A stretch of 64,000 nt of DNA from IMG/VR virus record IMGVR_UViG_3300032116_000006, one strand, 5' to 3'. The position numbers were made by a program, and so were the translations under genes. The notes under the pieces are model-generated. The model did no database searches. It saw only the letters and a list, made by a program, of their open reading frames with translations, and was not told the DNA's origin. Below, piece after piece: positions 1-9,025 of this stretch (position 1 is its first letter; each line of letters begins with the position of its first letter). Source of the DNA: a virus (Duplodnaviria > Heunggongvirae > Uroviricota > Caudoviricetes).

Positions 1-185
1 GATGCTCATCCAAATGATCGTTCAATTTGAATTTTACTAATAAAACTACCCTTCTTTTTTAAAAACCATGATCTTTAACCCTCCAAACCAGGCTTTACAA
101 GCACTCATTGAAGAGAATAAAAAACTTAAATTAGAGAATAAACTCCTAAAGGAGCAAATTAAAGGGAAAATTTACGACGTTTAAT

Positions 186-422
186 ATGAAATTTAAAATT
201 TACTCCAAAGATGGATGTTCTTATTGCGAACAAGTTAAAAAATTATTGAATACCCTCTGTCTAGACTTTATCGTTTATAATCTAGGAGAGCATTTTTCAA
301 AGGATGATTTCTATTATGAATTTGGTGAGGGATCAACATTCCCTCAAGTTGTTGTTAATGATAATAATATTGGTGGGTGTAAAGAAACAATTGAGTTTCT
401 CAGAGAGCAAAAAATAATTTAA
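186..422 (+). CDS. glutaredoxin/NrdH-like redoxin, 78 aa
   Basis: N-terminal CxxC motif (KDGCSYCEQVKKLL) in a ~80-aa thioredoxin-fold-sized ORF. ATGA start-stop overlap with the next ORF. Confidence 0.7.
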   Translation: MKFKIYSKDGCSYCEQVKKLLNTLCLDFIVYNLGEHFSKDDFYYEFGEGSTFPQVVVNDNNIGGCKETIEFLREQKII

Positions 423-775
423 TGGAAGAAGTTAATACTGATGTAGAAAGAGCCATAGATTATGCATTTTGTGATAATAAATTTATTCTAAATTTTTATG
501 TTTACCTAAAACAAAAAGAATTTAAAAGAGTTGATGCACAGAATTTTTTAGATAGTAATACTGCGAGTAATCTGCAATCATTAATCAACGATCTTTCTTC
601 TTATCTTGAGGGTGGTCAGGATCCACTTCATTCTTACTTGAGAGAAGCTTATGGATATCTGTCAAAACCTAATGCAAGGCGAATAAAAATATATCTTGAA
701 AAGATAATTTTAGACACTAAAAAATACATTTATGATAAGAGGCCAGGAAGAAGAGCAAAAACTAAAGATAAATAG
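422..775 (+). CDS. hypothetical protein, 117 aa
   Basis: ORF packed on the + strand with a start overlapping the previous stop. No recognisable motif. Confidence 0.45.
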   Translation: MEEVNTDVERAIDYAFCDNKFILNFYVYLKQKEFKRVDAQNFLDSNTASNLQSLINDLSSYLEGGQDPLHSYLREAYGYLSKPNARRIKIYLEKIILDTKKYIYDKRPGRRAKTKDK

Positions 776-882
776 GGGCATGGAGTTCATGCTTCATAAT
801 AAAAAAATAAGGAGGAAAGAACTTTTTAGAATTATCATTGATAAGGGAATTTCCTTTCTTTCAAGGGAAATTAGCCTGAAGT

Positions 883-1140
883 TTGAATTTACAATTACCA
901 AAAAACATTCAGGTAAAAATAATGTATAGCCTTATTGCAACTCTATTAATTCTCATTTCTTTTTGTTTTCTAATGTTGGGTGGAATTATTGTTTTCCTCG
1001 CCCTTAATTTTTACTCTCCAGCTCCCAGATTACACCCAGAAATGTATAATCCAGATGGGAGCATTAGACCAGATATTCTCTATTCAGTAACATTTGACCA
1101 AAACTATGACGACGACAACGAAGACTACGAAAAAGCCTAG
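883..1140 (+). CDS. small membrane protein, 85 aa
   Basis: One long hydrophobic helix (YSLIATLLILISFCFLMLGGIIVFLALNF). An overlapping alternative ORF 732..929 is not resolved. Confidence 0.35.
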   Translation: MNLQLPKNIQVKIMYSLIATLLILISFCFLMLGGIIVFLALNFYSPAPRLHPEMYNPDGSIRPDILYSVTFDQNYDDDNEDYEKA

Positions 1141-1672
1141 GGTAGCAGTAGAATTGCCGGCTAATCCATTTATATTTGAGATTTTAGAGCTTGCTGTAAA
1201 GCAACGAACAAATGCCAAAAAGGCTGAAGTCCTTCAGACTTATAAGGATCCTTCGTTGATGGCTGTGCTGATTTGGAATTATGATCCTAGCCTTGAATCT
1301 GTTTTGCCACCTGGAAGTGTGCCCTTTGCAGAAGCAAAAGAGATTGGAGTAATTGGAAATGACAGCTCATTTTCAGACAGCTTAGGTAAGCAATTAAAAT
1401 CAGATGAAATGCTAGATTCTTATGGAAGCAACAGCAAAACATCAATCCGTAAAGAGTATGTAAACTTTTTCAATTTTATTAAGGGTGGCAATGATTCTCT
1501 TTCTAACATAAGAAGGGAAACAATGTTCATTAATCTTCTATATGGACTACACCCCAAAGAAGCAGAAATTCTATGCCTAGTCAAAGATAAATGCCTACAA
1601 GAAAAATATCCAATATCTTTTGATGTGGTAAAATCTGCATTCCCCGAAATTCAATGGGGAAATAGAGTATGA
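1094..1672 (+). CDS. hypothetical protein, 192 aa
   Basis: Long ORF on the + strand. No motif recognised. Thr/Lys-rich N-terminus. Confidence 0.5.
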   Translation: MTKTMTTTTKTTKKPRVAVELPANPFIFEILELAVKQRTNAKKAEVLQTYKDPSLMAVLIWNYDPSLESVLPPGSVPFAEAKEIGVIGNDSSFSDSLGKQLKSDEMLDSYGSNSKTSIRKEYVNFFNFIKGGNDSLSNIRRETMFINLLYGLHPKEAEILCLVKDKCLQEKYPISFDVVKSAFPEIQWGNRV

Positions 1673-1829
1673 CAGATAAAGTAAAAGAATATTTTCAAAA
1701 GCAGATTGAATTAAAAGAGATACAAAAGATTGAAGATGATCTTTTAGATGAAATGGATATACTCTGGCAGTTTCTTTCAACAGAAGAAATAGCATATATA
1801 GATCAGAAAAACCGAGAAAATAATAAATG
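1671..1829 (+). CDS. small hypothetical protein (~52 aa)
   Basis: Short ORF read manually from the sequence (MTDKVKEYFQKQIELKEIQK...). It fills a gap otherwise covered only by an antisense ORF. Confidence 0.3.
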
Positions 1830-1997
1830 AGTGGATTTGCAACAGTTATTATTAATGATGATGAGTTAAATAAACTCGTCAAAAGATATAAGAAGATTAA
1901 AAAGTACATGAAAAGCAATTATTATACTTTAAAGATTCTAGACAAAACAGAAACTATAGTTACACAATTATTAATGGAGAATAAGCCTGATGATTAG
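1827..1997 (+). CDS. small hypothetical protein (~56 aa)
   Basis: Short ORF read manually (MSGFATVIINDDELNKLVKRYKK...). ATGA overlap with the preceding short ORF. Confidence 0.3.
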   Translation: MSGFATVIINDDELNKLVKRYKKIKKYMKSNYYTLKILDKTETIVTQLLMENKPDD

Positions 1998-2325
1998 AAT
2001 GGGACAACACTGTCTTCTTAATTTGTATGGCTGTAATGCTGAAATTTTAGAAAATGTTGAGTTTATGCTCACTACTCTAAAAACTGTAGCAAATGAATGT
2101 GGGGCAACAATTTTACATTGTGCTCATCATAAATTTGAACCTCAAGGTCTTACAGCGTTTTTATTGCTTTCTGAATCTCATATTTCTGTTCACACATATC
2201 CAGAACAAAATTCAGCTGCATTTGACATTTTCACTTGTGGACAAGCAGATTCAAAATTAGGAGTACAGTATATTCTCAATTCTATTCCATCAGATTATCA
2301 CACTTTAATTGAAGTTGGTCGCTAA
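1990..2325 (+). CDS. speD: S-adenosylmethionine decarboxylase proenzyme (class 1b, pyruvoyl-dependent)
   Basis: 111 aa with the characteristic self-cleavage segment LLLSESHISVHTYPE and TCG motif. Matches the small SpeH/SpeD AdoMetDC proteins known as marine phage auxiliary genes. Confidence 0.85.
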   Translation: MIRMGQHCLLNLYGCNAEILENVEFMLTTLKTVANECGATILHCAHHKFEPQGLTAFLLLSESHISVHTYPEQNSAAFDIFTCGQADSKLGVQYILNSIPSDYHTLIEVGR

Positions 2326-2349
2326 CCCACTTGACACCTAGGAGAAACT

Positions 2350-2550
2350 ATGCTAGGGTATTATCCCCCAGAACCCCCACCACCAGGAAATAAAAGACTA
2401 AAGCTTTTAGTTCAAAATCTAGAAAATATTGTTGAACTGTTAAAGGAAGAACTTATAACACCTGAAGTTACAAATCTTGTTGATGTATCTAAGTTAATGG
2501 AAACGATACAAGCAGAAGAGGAACCAGACTATTATGAAGAGGAGGATTAA
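2350..2550 (+). CDS. hypothetical acidic protein, 66 aa
   Basis: ORF with a Pro-rich N-terminus and an acidic C-terminus. Confidence 0.4.
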   Translation: MLGYYPPEPPPPGNKRLKLLVQNLENIVELLKEELITPEVTNLVDVSKLMETIQAEEEPDYYEEED

Positions 2551-2741
2551 TGTACGATTTAGATCCCTTTGAGCGTGAATTAGCCCTATTTGCTAACAGA
2601 GTAGATATTATAGTTGGACTACAGATGGGTAAAAAACTTTCGGCTGAGGATGCATACAAAGAAATTAAATATAGGTTTAAAACTCTTAAACAATCAAGAA
2701 AAACATTAAAAGGAGAAAAGAATAAAAATGAGCAATGTTGA
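2550..2741 (+). CDS. hypothetical protein, 63 aa
   Basis: ORF with start overlapping the previous stop. Confidence 0.4.
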   Translation: MYDLDPFERELALFANRVDIIVGLQMGKKLSAEDAYKEIKYRFKTLKQSRKTLKGEKNKNEQC

Positions 2742-3384
2742 GTTAGTTACATATAATGAAAATGCTGAAAAAATAATTGCTTATTGTGCTAGGGTATCAA
2801 ATCCTAAAAATCAAAATAATGAATCCTTTGAGAACCTAATCAAATATTGTATTAAGGAGAAGCATTGGAGCATTTTTACTATGGCTGACATGACAGTTGA
2901 AATTAATTGTCAGCTACCTATTGCTACTCAAATTCTCAGGCATAAAAGTTTTGATTTTCAACAATTTTCACAAAGATATGCTGATATCACTGAAATTACA
3001 GAAGACATTCCAATTCCAGATTTAAGAAAACAAGATCTAAAAAATAGGCAAAATTCAACTAATGATTTAAATTCTTATCTTAAGTTGACACTTCAAGAAG
3101 AAATTAGAGAACATTTTGAGCGTTCCAAATCTTTATATAAAAAACTTCTTGAAAATAATGTAGCAAAAGAATGTGCAAGAATGATTCTCCCTAATGCTAC
3201 AATGACTCGCTTATATATGAAAGGAAATCTAAGATCTTGGATAACTTACATTGCATTAAGAGAGAAAAATGGAACACAACTGGAGCACAAAATTGTTGCC
3301 CTACAATGCAAAAAAATTTTTAATCAATGTTTTCCAACAATTTCTAGTGCTCTTGGTGGACTAGATAAAGAATGGATCGTTTAA
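2728..3384 (+). CDS. thyX: flavin-dependent thymidylate synthase ThyX
   Basis: ThyX signature RHR-x7-S is present as RHKSFDFQQFSQRY. Size of 218 aa is typical of ThyX. Confidence 0.85.
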   Translation: MSNVELVTYNENAEKIIAYCARVSNPKNQNNESFENLIKYCIKEKHWSIFTMADMTVEINCQLPIATQILRHKSFDFQQFSQRYADITEITEDIPIPDLRKQDLKNRQNSTNDLNSYLKLTLQEEIREHFERSKSLYKKLLENNVAKECARMILPNATMTRLYMKGNLRSWITYIALREKNGTQLEHKIVALQCKKIFNQCFPTISSALGGLDKEWIV

Positions 3385-3396
3385 GGAGCTAAACTT

Positions 3397-3645
3397 ATGG
3401 CATTATATCCAATTATCAATACTGAAACAGGTGAAACTAAAACAATTGAAATGAGTGTTCATGATATCACTCAATGGTATAAAGATAACCCAAATTGGAA
3501 AAGAAATTGGTCTCAGGGTTGTGCATCACCCGGTGAAGTTGGAGAATGGAAAGATAAACTGATTAAAAAGAATCCAGGATGGAATGACATACTCCAAAAA
3601 GTCAACAAATCTGCCGGATCTCAAAGTAAAATTGGAAAAATCTAA
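3397..3645 (+). CDS. hypothetical protein, 82 aa
   Basis: ORF with a plausible RBS (aaggagc) upstream. No motif recognised. Confidence 0.5.
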   Translation: MALYPIINTETGETKTIEMSVHDITQWYKDNPNWKRNWSQGCASPGEVGEWKDKLIKKNPGWNDILQKVNKSAGSQSKIGKI

Positions 3646-4398
3646 ATGACAAGAAAAAGAAGGGCAACAGATTCATTAAATTCATTCAAAACTCAAAAGC
3701 GCTCAAAAAGAACTATCAGCTTAGAGTTGCTCCATAAAATGCACCCTCTAACTGAAAATCAAGAAAAATTATTTCAATCATATGAAAATGGCAAGAATAT
3801 TCTTGCTCATGGTTGCCCAGGAACTGGTAAAACTCATGTTCTCCTTTACAATGCATTAAAGGATGTTCTCAATGAAAAAACTCCTTATGATAAAATCTTT
3901 ATTTTCAGATCTACAGTTCAATCATTAGATATTGGGTTTTTGCCTGGTAACATTGGTGAAAAGATTGCACCATTTGAGGCACCATACCGAAACATGGTTA
4001 AAAGCATGTTTAATCTTTCAACAGATGAAGAATTTGAAATGATTTATGGTCTTCTTAAGACCGAAAAAATTCTAGAATTTGATTGCGTTTCATTTTTACG
4101 GGGAACAACTTATGATAATTGCATTCTTATTGTTGATGAATGTCAGAATTTAAATTACCATCAACTTTCAACAATTATCACAAGGGTTGGACAAGATACC
4201 AAAATTTTCTTTGCGGGTGATTCTAGGCAGTCAGATTTAACAAAACAAAGTGAACGTAATGGGTTCATTGAGTTTACTAAGGTTCTTAATCAAATGGAGT
4301 CTTTTGATCTAATTCAATTCACTATTGATGATGTTGTCCGTTCTAATCTAGTTAAAGAGTTTCTTATGGCTGAGCAAAAAGTTTATGAGCGCATTTAA
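3646..4398 (+). CDS. phoH: PhoH-like ATPase
   Basis: Walker A GCPGTGKTH, Walker B-like LIVDECQN, and conserved PhoH-like spacing in 250 aa. PhoH is a common marine phage gene. Confidence 0.85.
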   Translation: MTRKRRATDSLNSFKTQKRSKRTISLELLHKMHPLTENQEKLFQSYENGKNILAHGCPGTGKTHVLLYNALKDVLNEKTPYDKIFIFRSTVQSLDIGFLPGNIGEKIAPFEAPYRNMVKSMFNLSTDEEFEMIYGLLKTEKILEFDCVSFLRGTTYDNCILIVDECQNLNYHQLSTIITRVGQDTKIFFAGDSRQSDLTKQSERNGFIEFTKVLNQMESFDLIQFTIDDVVRSNLVKEFLMAEQKVYERI

Positions 4399-5089
4399 AG
4401 AAAAATTAAAAAAAATCTCAAGACCAATTTTTGAGCAATTAGATCTAAATTTTCCAATCTTAACACGAACTACAATTGATGGAATTAGATATTATAAAAT
4501 TGAAAATATTGAGGAGCCTAAGACATTCATCTCTGTTACCTCAATTACTTCCAATTACTCTAAGGAAAAAATTAAGGAGTGGAGAAAAAGAGTTGGAGAA
4601 GATGAAGCGAACCGAATTACTAAATTTGCAACAGCACTAGGAACTCAATATCATGCAATTGTTGAATGCTATCTAAAAAATGAAGAGCTTCCAGAAAAAT
4701 CAGATCTCGCAAAATATCTTTTTAGTAATGCTAAATCTCACTTAAACAGAATTGGTAAAATTCATACCATTGAGCAGCCACTTTATTCATCGTTTTGGGA
4801 ATTAGCTGGCACTCCAGATATCATAGCAGAATTTGATGGTGTTTTAAGTGTCATTGACAATAAGACTTCAAAGGAGCCAAAAAAATTAGAATGGATTGAA
4901 GGTTATTTTGTTCAATGTTTTGCTTATGCTCTAATGTATGCTGAACATTTTGGAACAATGCCAAAACAATTAGTCATTATTATGTCATGTCAAAATGGTG
5001 ATGTTGAAGTTTATATTGAAAGAGATCTCATAAAATATGTAAAAATTTTGAGACAATACATTAATAAATTCATTGAAGATAAGAAATGA
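4385..5089 (+). CDS. PD-(D/E)XK nuclease, RecB/Cas4-like exonuclease domain
   Basis: GTPD...VIDNKTSK (PD-DxK) followed by the QCFAY (QxxxY) motif typical of the RecB-nuclease/Cas4 family. No C-terminal Cys cluster. Confidence 0.6.
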   Translation: MSAFKEKLKKISRPIFEQLDLNFPILTRTTIDGIRYYKIENIEEPKTFISVTSITSNYSKEKIKEWRKRVGEDEANRITKFATALGTQYHAIVECYLKNEELPEKSDLAKYLFSNAKSHLNRIGKIHTIEQPLYSSFWELAGTPDIIAEFDGVLSVIDNKTSKEPKKLEWIEGYFVQCFAYALMYAEHFGTMPKQLVIIMSCQNGDVEVYIERDLIKYVKILRQYINKFIEDKK

Positions 5090-5349
5090 ACACAGCCGAA
5101 GAACTACAAAAAGAAATAGAAAAAAAATTCCTGTGCCCAGAAAAGTTTACCAAAGAGATTGAAAGGATGGTTTCAAGTCGTGATGACTTAAATTATATTA
5201 CGGCAATTACTGAATATTGTGAAATTAATGGGATTGATATTGAGTCTATCACAAAACTTATCTCTAGTAGTCTTAAAGATAGAATAAAAACTGATGCTAC
5301 TCGTTTAAATTTTATTAAAAGAACATCTAAATCTAGATTGCCGTGGTAA
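5086..5349 (+). CDS. hypothetical protein, 87 aa
   Basis: ORF with ATGA overlap. Confidence 0.45.
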   Translation: MNTAEELQKEIEKKFLCPEKFTKEIERMVSSRDDLNYITAITEYCEINGIDIESITKLISSSLKDRIKTDATRLNFIKRTSKSRLPW

Positions 5350-5936
5350 ATCCATATGAAGCATATGTAACATATCTTGCATTAAAAAGACATTTCTCTT
5401 CTGAACAATATGATTATTTCAAATACAATGGAAAAATAAGATGTTCAGAAGAATCCTTTAAAAAATGTAGAGAGCGGTTTTTCTTTGAAAAATTGAGCCG
5501 AAAGAAAAAACCACAGGAAATAATTGACCTTTTTGTTTCAAATTTTGTTGCAGTTGACAATCCGTCTTCACTATGGATTGGAGATATTGTCAAAAATGGT
5601 GAATCAATCTATAAGGAAAGTCAAAAAATAAGAGAATCATTATCTTATATTTTTGAACAAGACTTAAGAGAATTGACTGATAATAGTCATCTATATGAAT
5701 TAGTAAAAGTTGAAGGCTCAAAGCATCCAAAAATAATAAAACTTTTCTTAAATAAAAATATAAGATTTGAAACCTTTTTCATTCTTATTAAATGTCTTGA
5801 ACTTAAGAAAAAATATGATCAAGCTCTTGATGATCCAATCTGGAAAATAATTAGTAATAAAATTTCAAAATACGAAAACTTTTTTCGCGGGGATCTCTCT
5901 AAATACAAGGGCATTATACGAAAACATATCTCATGA
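5343..5936 (+). CDS. hypothetical protein, 197 aa
   Basis: ORF. No motif recognised. Confidence 0.5.
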   Translation: MVNPYEAYVTYLALKRHFSSEQYDYFKYNGKIRCSEESFKKCRERFFFEKLSRKKKPQEIIDLFVSNFVAVDNPSSLWIGDIVKNGESIYKESQKIRESLSYIFEQDLRELTDNSHLYELVKVEGSKHPKIIKLFLNKNIRFETFFILIKCLELKKKYDQALDDPIWKIISNKISKYENFFRGDLSKYKGIIRKHIS

Positions 5937-6253
5937 GTTTTTTTGATTCAACTGTTGTTCAAGATGAAGCTGAGTACACTAGAAAGCTAATTAAAAGATT
6001 TGCAGAACTTCCACTTGTAATAACCCTATCAGAAGAGGAGATTCGTAGTTGGGTAAATGATATGGAAGAGTTATTAGATAAGACTAAAATCTTTTTCACT
6101 CGCCTAGGATTATCTGACGATAAAGAAGCACAAGAAATCAAACATAAAGCCGATATCTATGCGAAATTGATTGGAAAAAATTATTTTATGGAAGCATTAG
6201 ACGAGGTGCAAATAGTAATTAATGAAGTAAAGAACCAACTTGATAAACAATGA
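5933..6253 (+). CDS. hypothetical protein, 106 aa
   Basis: ORF with ATGA overlap. Confidence 0.5.
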   Translation: MSFFDSTVVQDEAEYTRKLIKRFAELPLVITLSEEEIRSWVNDMEELLDKTKIFFTRLGLSDDKEAQEIKHKADIYAKLIGKNYFMEALDEVQIVINEVKNQLDKQ

Positions 6254-6827
6254 TTTATTAAATAGAATAAAATATAGAATAAAGCAGCACCATAAACTAT
6301 ACGAATTACCTGTTATTGCTGAATATTGGGAAGAGATATTTGCAAAATCTATTGAAGATATTGAAGGTTATACTGATTGGAGACCAGATCGTTCACATTC
6401 CGTTGGTAAAGATCAAATATGCACAATAGATGGAAATACGTTAAAGATCTCAAATAAGAGCGGAAAATATAATATCATTAAAAGAACCCTTCAAATAAGT
6501 GGTTCAAGAAGTGGTGAATATAAAACACTCAAGCAAAAATTGAAGTTCTTTTCAGATAAACAGGAAGATGTTTATGTGTGTCTAGCAACAAACACCAAAA
6601 AATCCATAAGAAATGAATATTATTTATTCTCATTCAACACAAAAATACTAGACTATTCGGAAGCTATATGGGAACCTAAGATCTCAAAGGCTGGAAAACA
6701 AAATGGTTGGCACTGTAAAACTGATAATTATTATGCCTGCATACAACAATCTCTAAGTGGACAATTGTGGACAACTATTAACACTCTTTCAACAAATTTA
6801 GAACCGGAGATTGTAAAAATTGATTGA
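6240..6827 (+). CDS. hypothetical protein, 195 aa
   Basis: ORF. No motif recognised. Confidence 0.5.
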   Translation: MINNDLLNRIKYRIKQHHKLYELPVIAEYWEEIFAKSIEDIEGYTDWRPDRSHSVGKDQICTIDGNTLKISNKSGKYNIIKRTLQISGSRSGEYKTLKQKLKFFSDKQEDVYVCLATNTKKSIRNEYYLFSFNTKILDYSEAIWEPKISKAGKQNGWHCKTDNYYACIQQSLSGQLWTTINTLSTNLEPEIVKID

Positions 6828-7566
6828 CTTATATTGTGGCGATTGCCTAAAAATTCTTCCTAATATTGATTCAAATATAGTAGATTTAGTGCTCGTTGAT
6901 CTTCCATATAAAATGACGGCAGCCAAATTTGATGTTCTTATTCCTTTTGAACCACTTTGGGAACAATATAATAGAATAGCAAAGGAAAATGCGGCATTTG
7001 TTTTTACTGCATCTCAACCTTTCACAACTCTTCTTATTAATTCAAATCTAAAAAACTTCAGATATGAATGGATTTGGGTAAAACCTCAAGGAACTAATCC
7101 AATGGTCAAAGACCATCAACCACTTAAGTCGCATGAGAATATTATAGTTTTTTATAGGAAAAAGCCCACATATAATCCCCAGATGACTATATCAACGCCT
7201 TATGGTGGATTTAAATCAAAAACGAAACAGATTGGTGAAGTCTATGGGGATTTAAAATCTAAGCATAGGACAAACCCAGAAGGAACAAGATATCCAAAAA
7301 CTGTCTTGCATTATAAGCAAGAAAAGGGTCTTCATCCAACTCAAAAGCCAGTTGGATTGATGGAATATTTAATTAAGACCTACACAAACGAGGGAGAGGT
7401 GGTTTTGGATAACGCTTTTGGTAGTGGGACAACTGGAGTAGCTGCCAAAAAAACTGGAAGAGATTTTATCGGCATGGAGATAGATGAAGATTATTTCAAT
7501 ATTGGTTCACAGAGAATAGCTAAAACACCTAAACTAAATACATTAGATAAAATATTTGGTTGGTAA
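6820..7566 (+). CDS. DNA methyltransferase (beta-class N6-adenine/N4-cytosine)
   Basis: Motif IV DLPY (VLVDLPYKM) precedes motif I FGSGTTGVAA. This motif order is that of beta-class amino-MTases. No nuclease partner is visible. Confidence 0.8.
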   Translation: MIDLYCGDCLKILPNIDSNIVDLVLVDLPYKMTAAKFDVLIPFEPLWEQYNRIAKENAAFVFTASQPFTTLLINSNLKNFRYEWIWVKPQGTNPMVKDHQPLKSHENIIVFYRKKPTYNPQMTISTPYGGFKSKTKQIGEVYGDLKSKHRTNPEGTRYPKTVLHYKQEKGLHPTQKPVGLMEYLIKTYTNEGEVVLDNAFGSGTTGVAAKKTGRDFIGMEIDEDYFNIGSQRIAKTPKLNTLDKIFGW

Positions 7567-7623
7567 ACCATTGATTTTCAAGAAGCCTCCAAATTAAACA
7601 ACATACATCGCAAACAACGTTAA

Positions 7624-8571
7624 ATGGATTTCAAACAATTTAAAAAGCGCAGTCAAACAAACATTGGTGCTCTCACCGAAAAACTCTTAAAAGATTCTGA
7701 GAATCAAAAAGGTAGCTCATATACTGAAAACACGAACGAATTTAAACTACAGACCGATAAATCTGGTAATGGTCGGGCAATTATTAGGTTTCTTCCAGAT
7801 CCTGTGGATCCTGAAGGCATTTTCTACGTTTCCCTTTATAATCACGGCTTTAAAGTTGGAAACAAATGGCTAATTGAAAATTGCCCAACCACTCTAGGCA
7901 ATGATAATCCTTGCCCTGTTTGTGAAGCCAATGTTGAACTTTGGAATAGTGGTATTGAATCTAATAAAGGTGTTGCACGAGATAGAAAGCGCAAACTTTC
8001 TTATTATGCAAACATTTATGTCATTAGCAATCCTGCAGATCCTTCTATTGAGGGTCAGGTTAAACTCTTTAGATTTGGTCAAAAGCTTCTGGATAAAATC
8101 AAAGCTGCATCAAAACCCGAATTTGAAGGCGATACTGTAATTCTTCCTCATAATTATTGGGAAGGTGCAAACTTCCGTCTCATTTCTAAGACTGTAAAAA
8201 CTACAATAGGTGGCAAGGAAGTAAATATGCCAAACTACGATGACAGTCGCTTTGAAGACAAATCAGTCTTTCTTGGTGGTGATGATGATCAAATTGAGGA
8301 GGTGCATAATCAACTTATTCAAATTCGGGAACTTGTTGATCCTTCTAAGTTTAAGTCATACGATGAATTACAAAAGCGGTTTTCCTCTGTTATTAAAACC
8401 CGTTCAGTTCATTCTGTAGAAGAACAAGAAAAGGATCTTAACGAAATGCTTTCTGATAAAGAAGACATTTTAGCCGAACTTGAAAGTTCTTATAGTAAAT
8501 CTAGAGAAGTTCTCTCCGATAGTGATGAAGATGAGGATCTTAAGCGTTTTATGGCTCTTGCTGATAGCTGA
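7624..8571 (+). CDS. gp32: T4 gp32-like single-stranded DNA-binding protein
   Basis: The N-terminal half matches my recollection of T4 gp32: KSGNGRAIIRFLP..LYNHGFKVGNKW.IENC. The C-x9-C-x2-C zinc site is present as CPTTLGNDNPCPVCE, plus PxNYWEGANFRL. The acidic C-terminal tail is SDSDEDEDLKRF. Confidence 0.85.
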   Translation: MDFKQFKKRSQTNIGALTEKLLKDSENQKGSSYTENTNEFKLQTDKSGNGRAIIRFLPDPVDPEGIFYVSLYNHGFKVGNKWLIENCPTTLGNDNPCPVCEANVELWNSGIESNKGVARDRKRKLSYYANIYVISNPADPSIEGQVKLFRFGQKLLDKIKAASKPEFEGDTVILPHNYWEGANFRLISKTVKTTIGGKEVNMPNYDDSRFEDKSVFLGGDDDQIEEVHNQLIQIRELVDPSKFKSYDELQKRFSSVIKTRSVHSVEEQEKDLNEMLSDKEDILAELESSYSKSREVLSDSDEDEDLKRFMALADS

Positions 8572-8598
8572 AGCCAGTTAAACAACTGAACACTCTCC

Positions 8599-8623
8599 AC
8601 CCCACTTGGTCAACAGGTGGGGT
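8599..8623 (+). terminator. GC-rich hairpin downstream of the gp32-like gene (weak terminator candidate)
   Basis: ACCCCAC-11nt-GTGGGGT stem-loop followed by ATTATTAT. It is unusually GC-rich for this genome. Confidence 0.3.
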
Positions 8624-8647
8624 ATTATTATGGAAATTGCAACATTC

Positions 8648-9025
8648 ATGAAAATCTCAACAACACATAAAGAATTTTCAGATCGCTTAAATGACCAAAC
8701 TGCTCTAGAATATCCCGAACATTTTCTTGGACCTAATTGGAAAGATGTATTGAACTTCTGGATTTATTTGGATACTTTGAGTGTTGAAGATTTTAGATTA
8801 ATTATTAATCGTTTTTGGGATGTATGTGCAGATGCTAGAGTTTCTGCTAGGGACAAGGCCTTTAAAGCTGCTGAAGCTACTATAGGTAATGATTATACAA
8901 ATATGGCTTTGTCTGCCGCTGCCGCTGCCGATGGCCCTGCTGGGTCTTCTTATGCAACTCTTGATCTCATTGGTTCTCATAAGCTAGAGTCTCTTAAGTT
9001 TCTTCCTTTGTTTTTAACGAAATGA
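8648..9025 (+). CDS. MKISTTHK-family paralog 1 (array 1)
   Basis: Conserved N-terminus MKISTTHKEFSDRLNDQTALEYPEHFLGPNWKDVLNFWIYLDTLS and C-terminus ATLDLIGSHKLESLKFLPLFLTK. The track ORF starts at a TTG at 8606, but the family-conserved ATG is at 8648. Confidence 0.7.
   Translation: MKISTTHKEFSDRLNDQTALEYPEHFLGPNWKDVLNFWIYLDTLSVEDFRLIINRFWDVCADARVSARDKAFKAAEATIGNDYTNMALSAAAAADGPAGSSYATLDLIGSHKLESLKFLPLFLTK

Noticed and set aside
1595-1918. 107-aa minus-strand ORF
   Set aside because: It is antisense to two short + strand ORFs that fit the uniformly + strand, tightly packed organisation, and it is Leu/Phe-rich in the way typical of AT-rich antisense frames.
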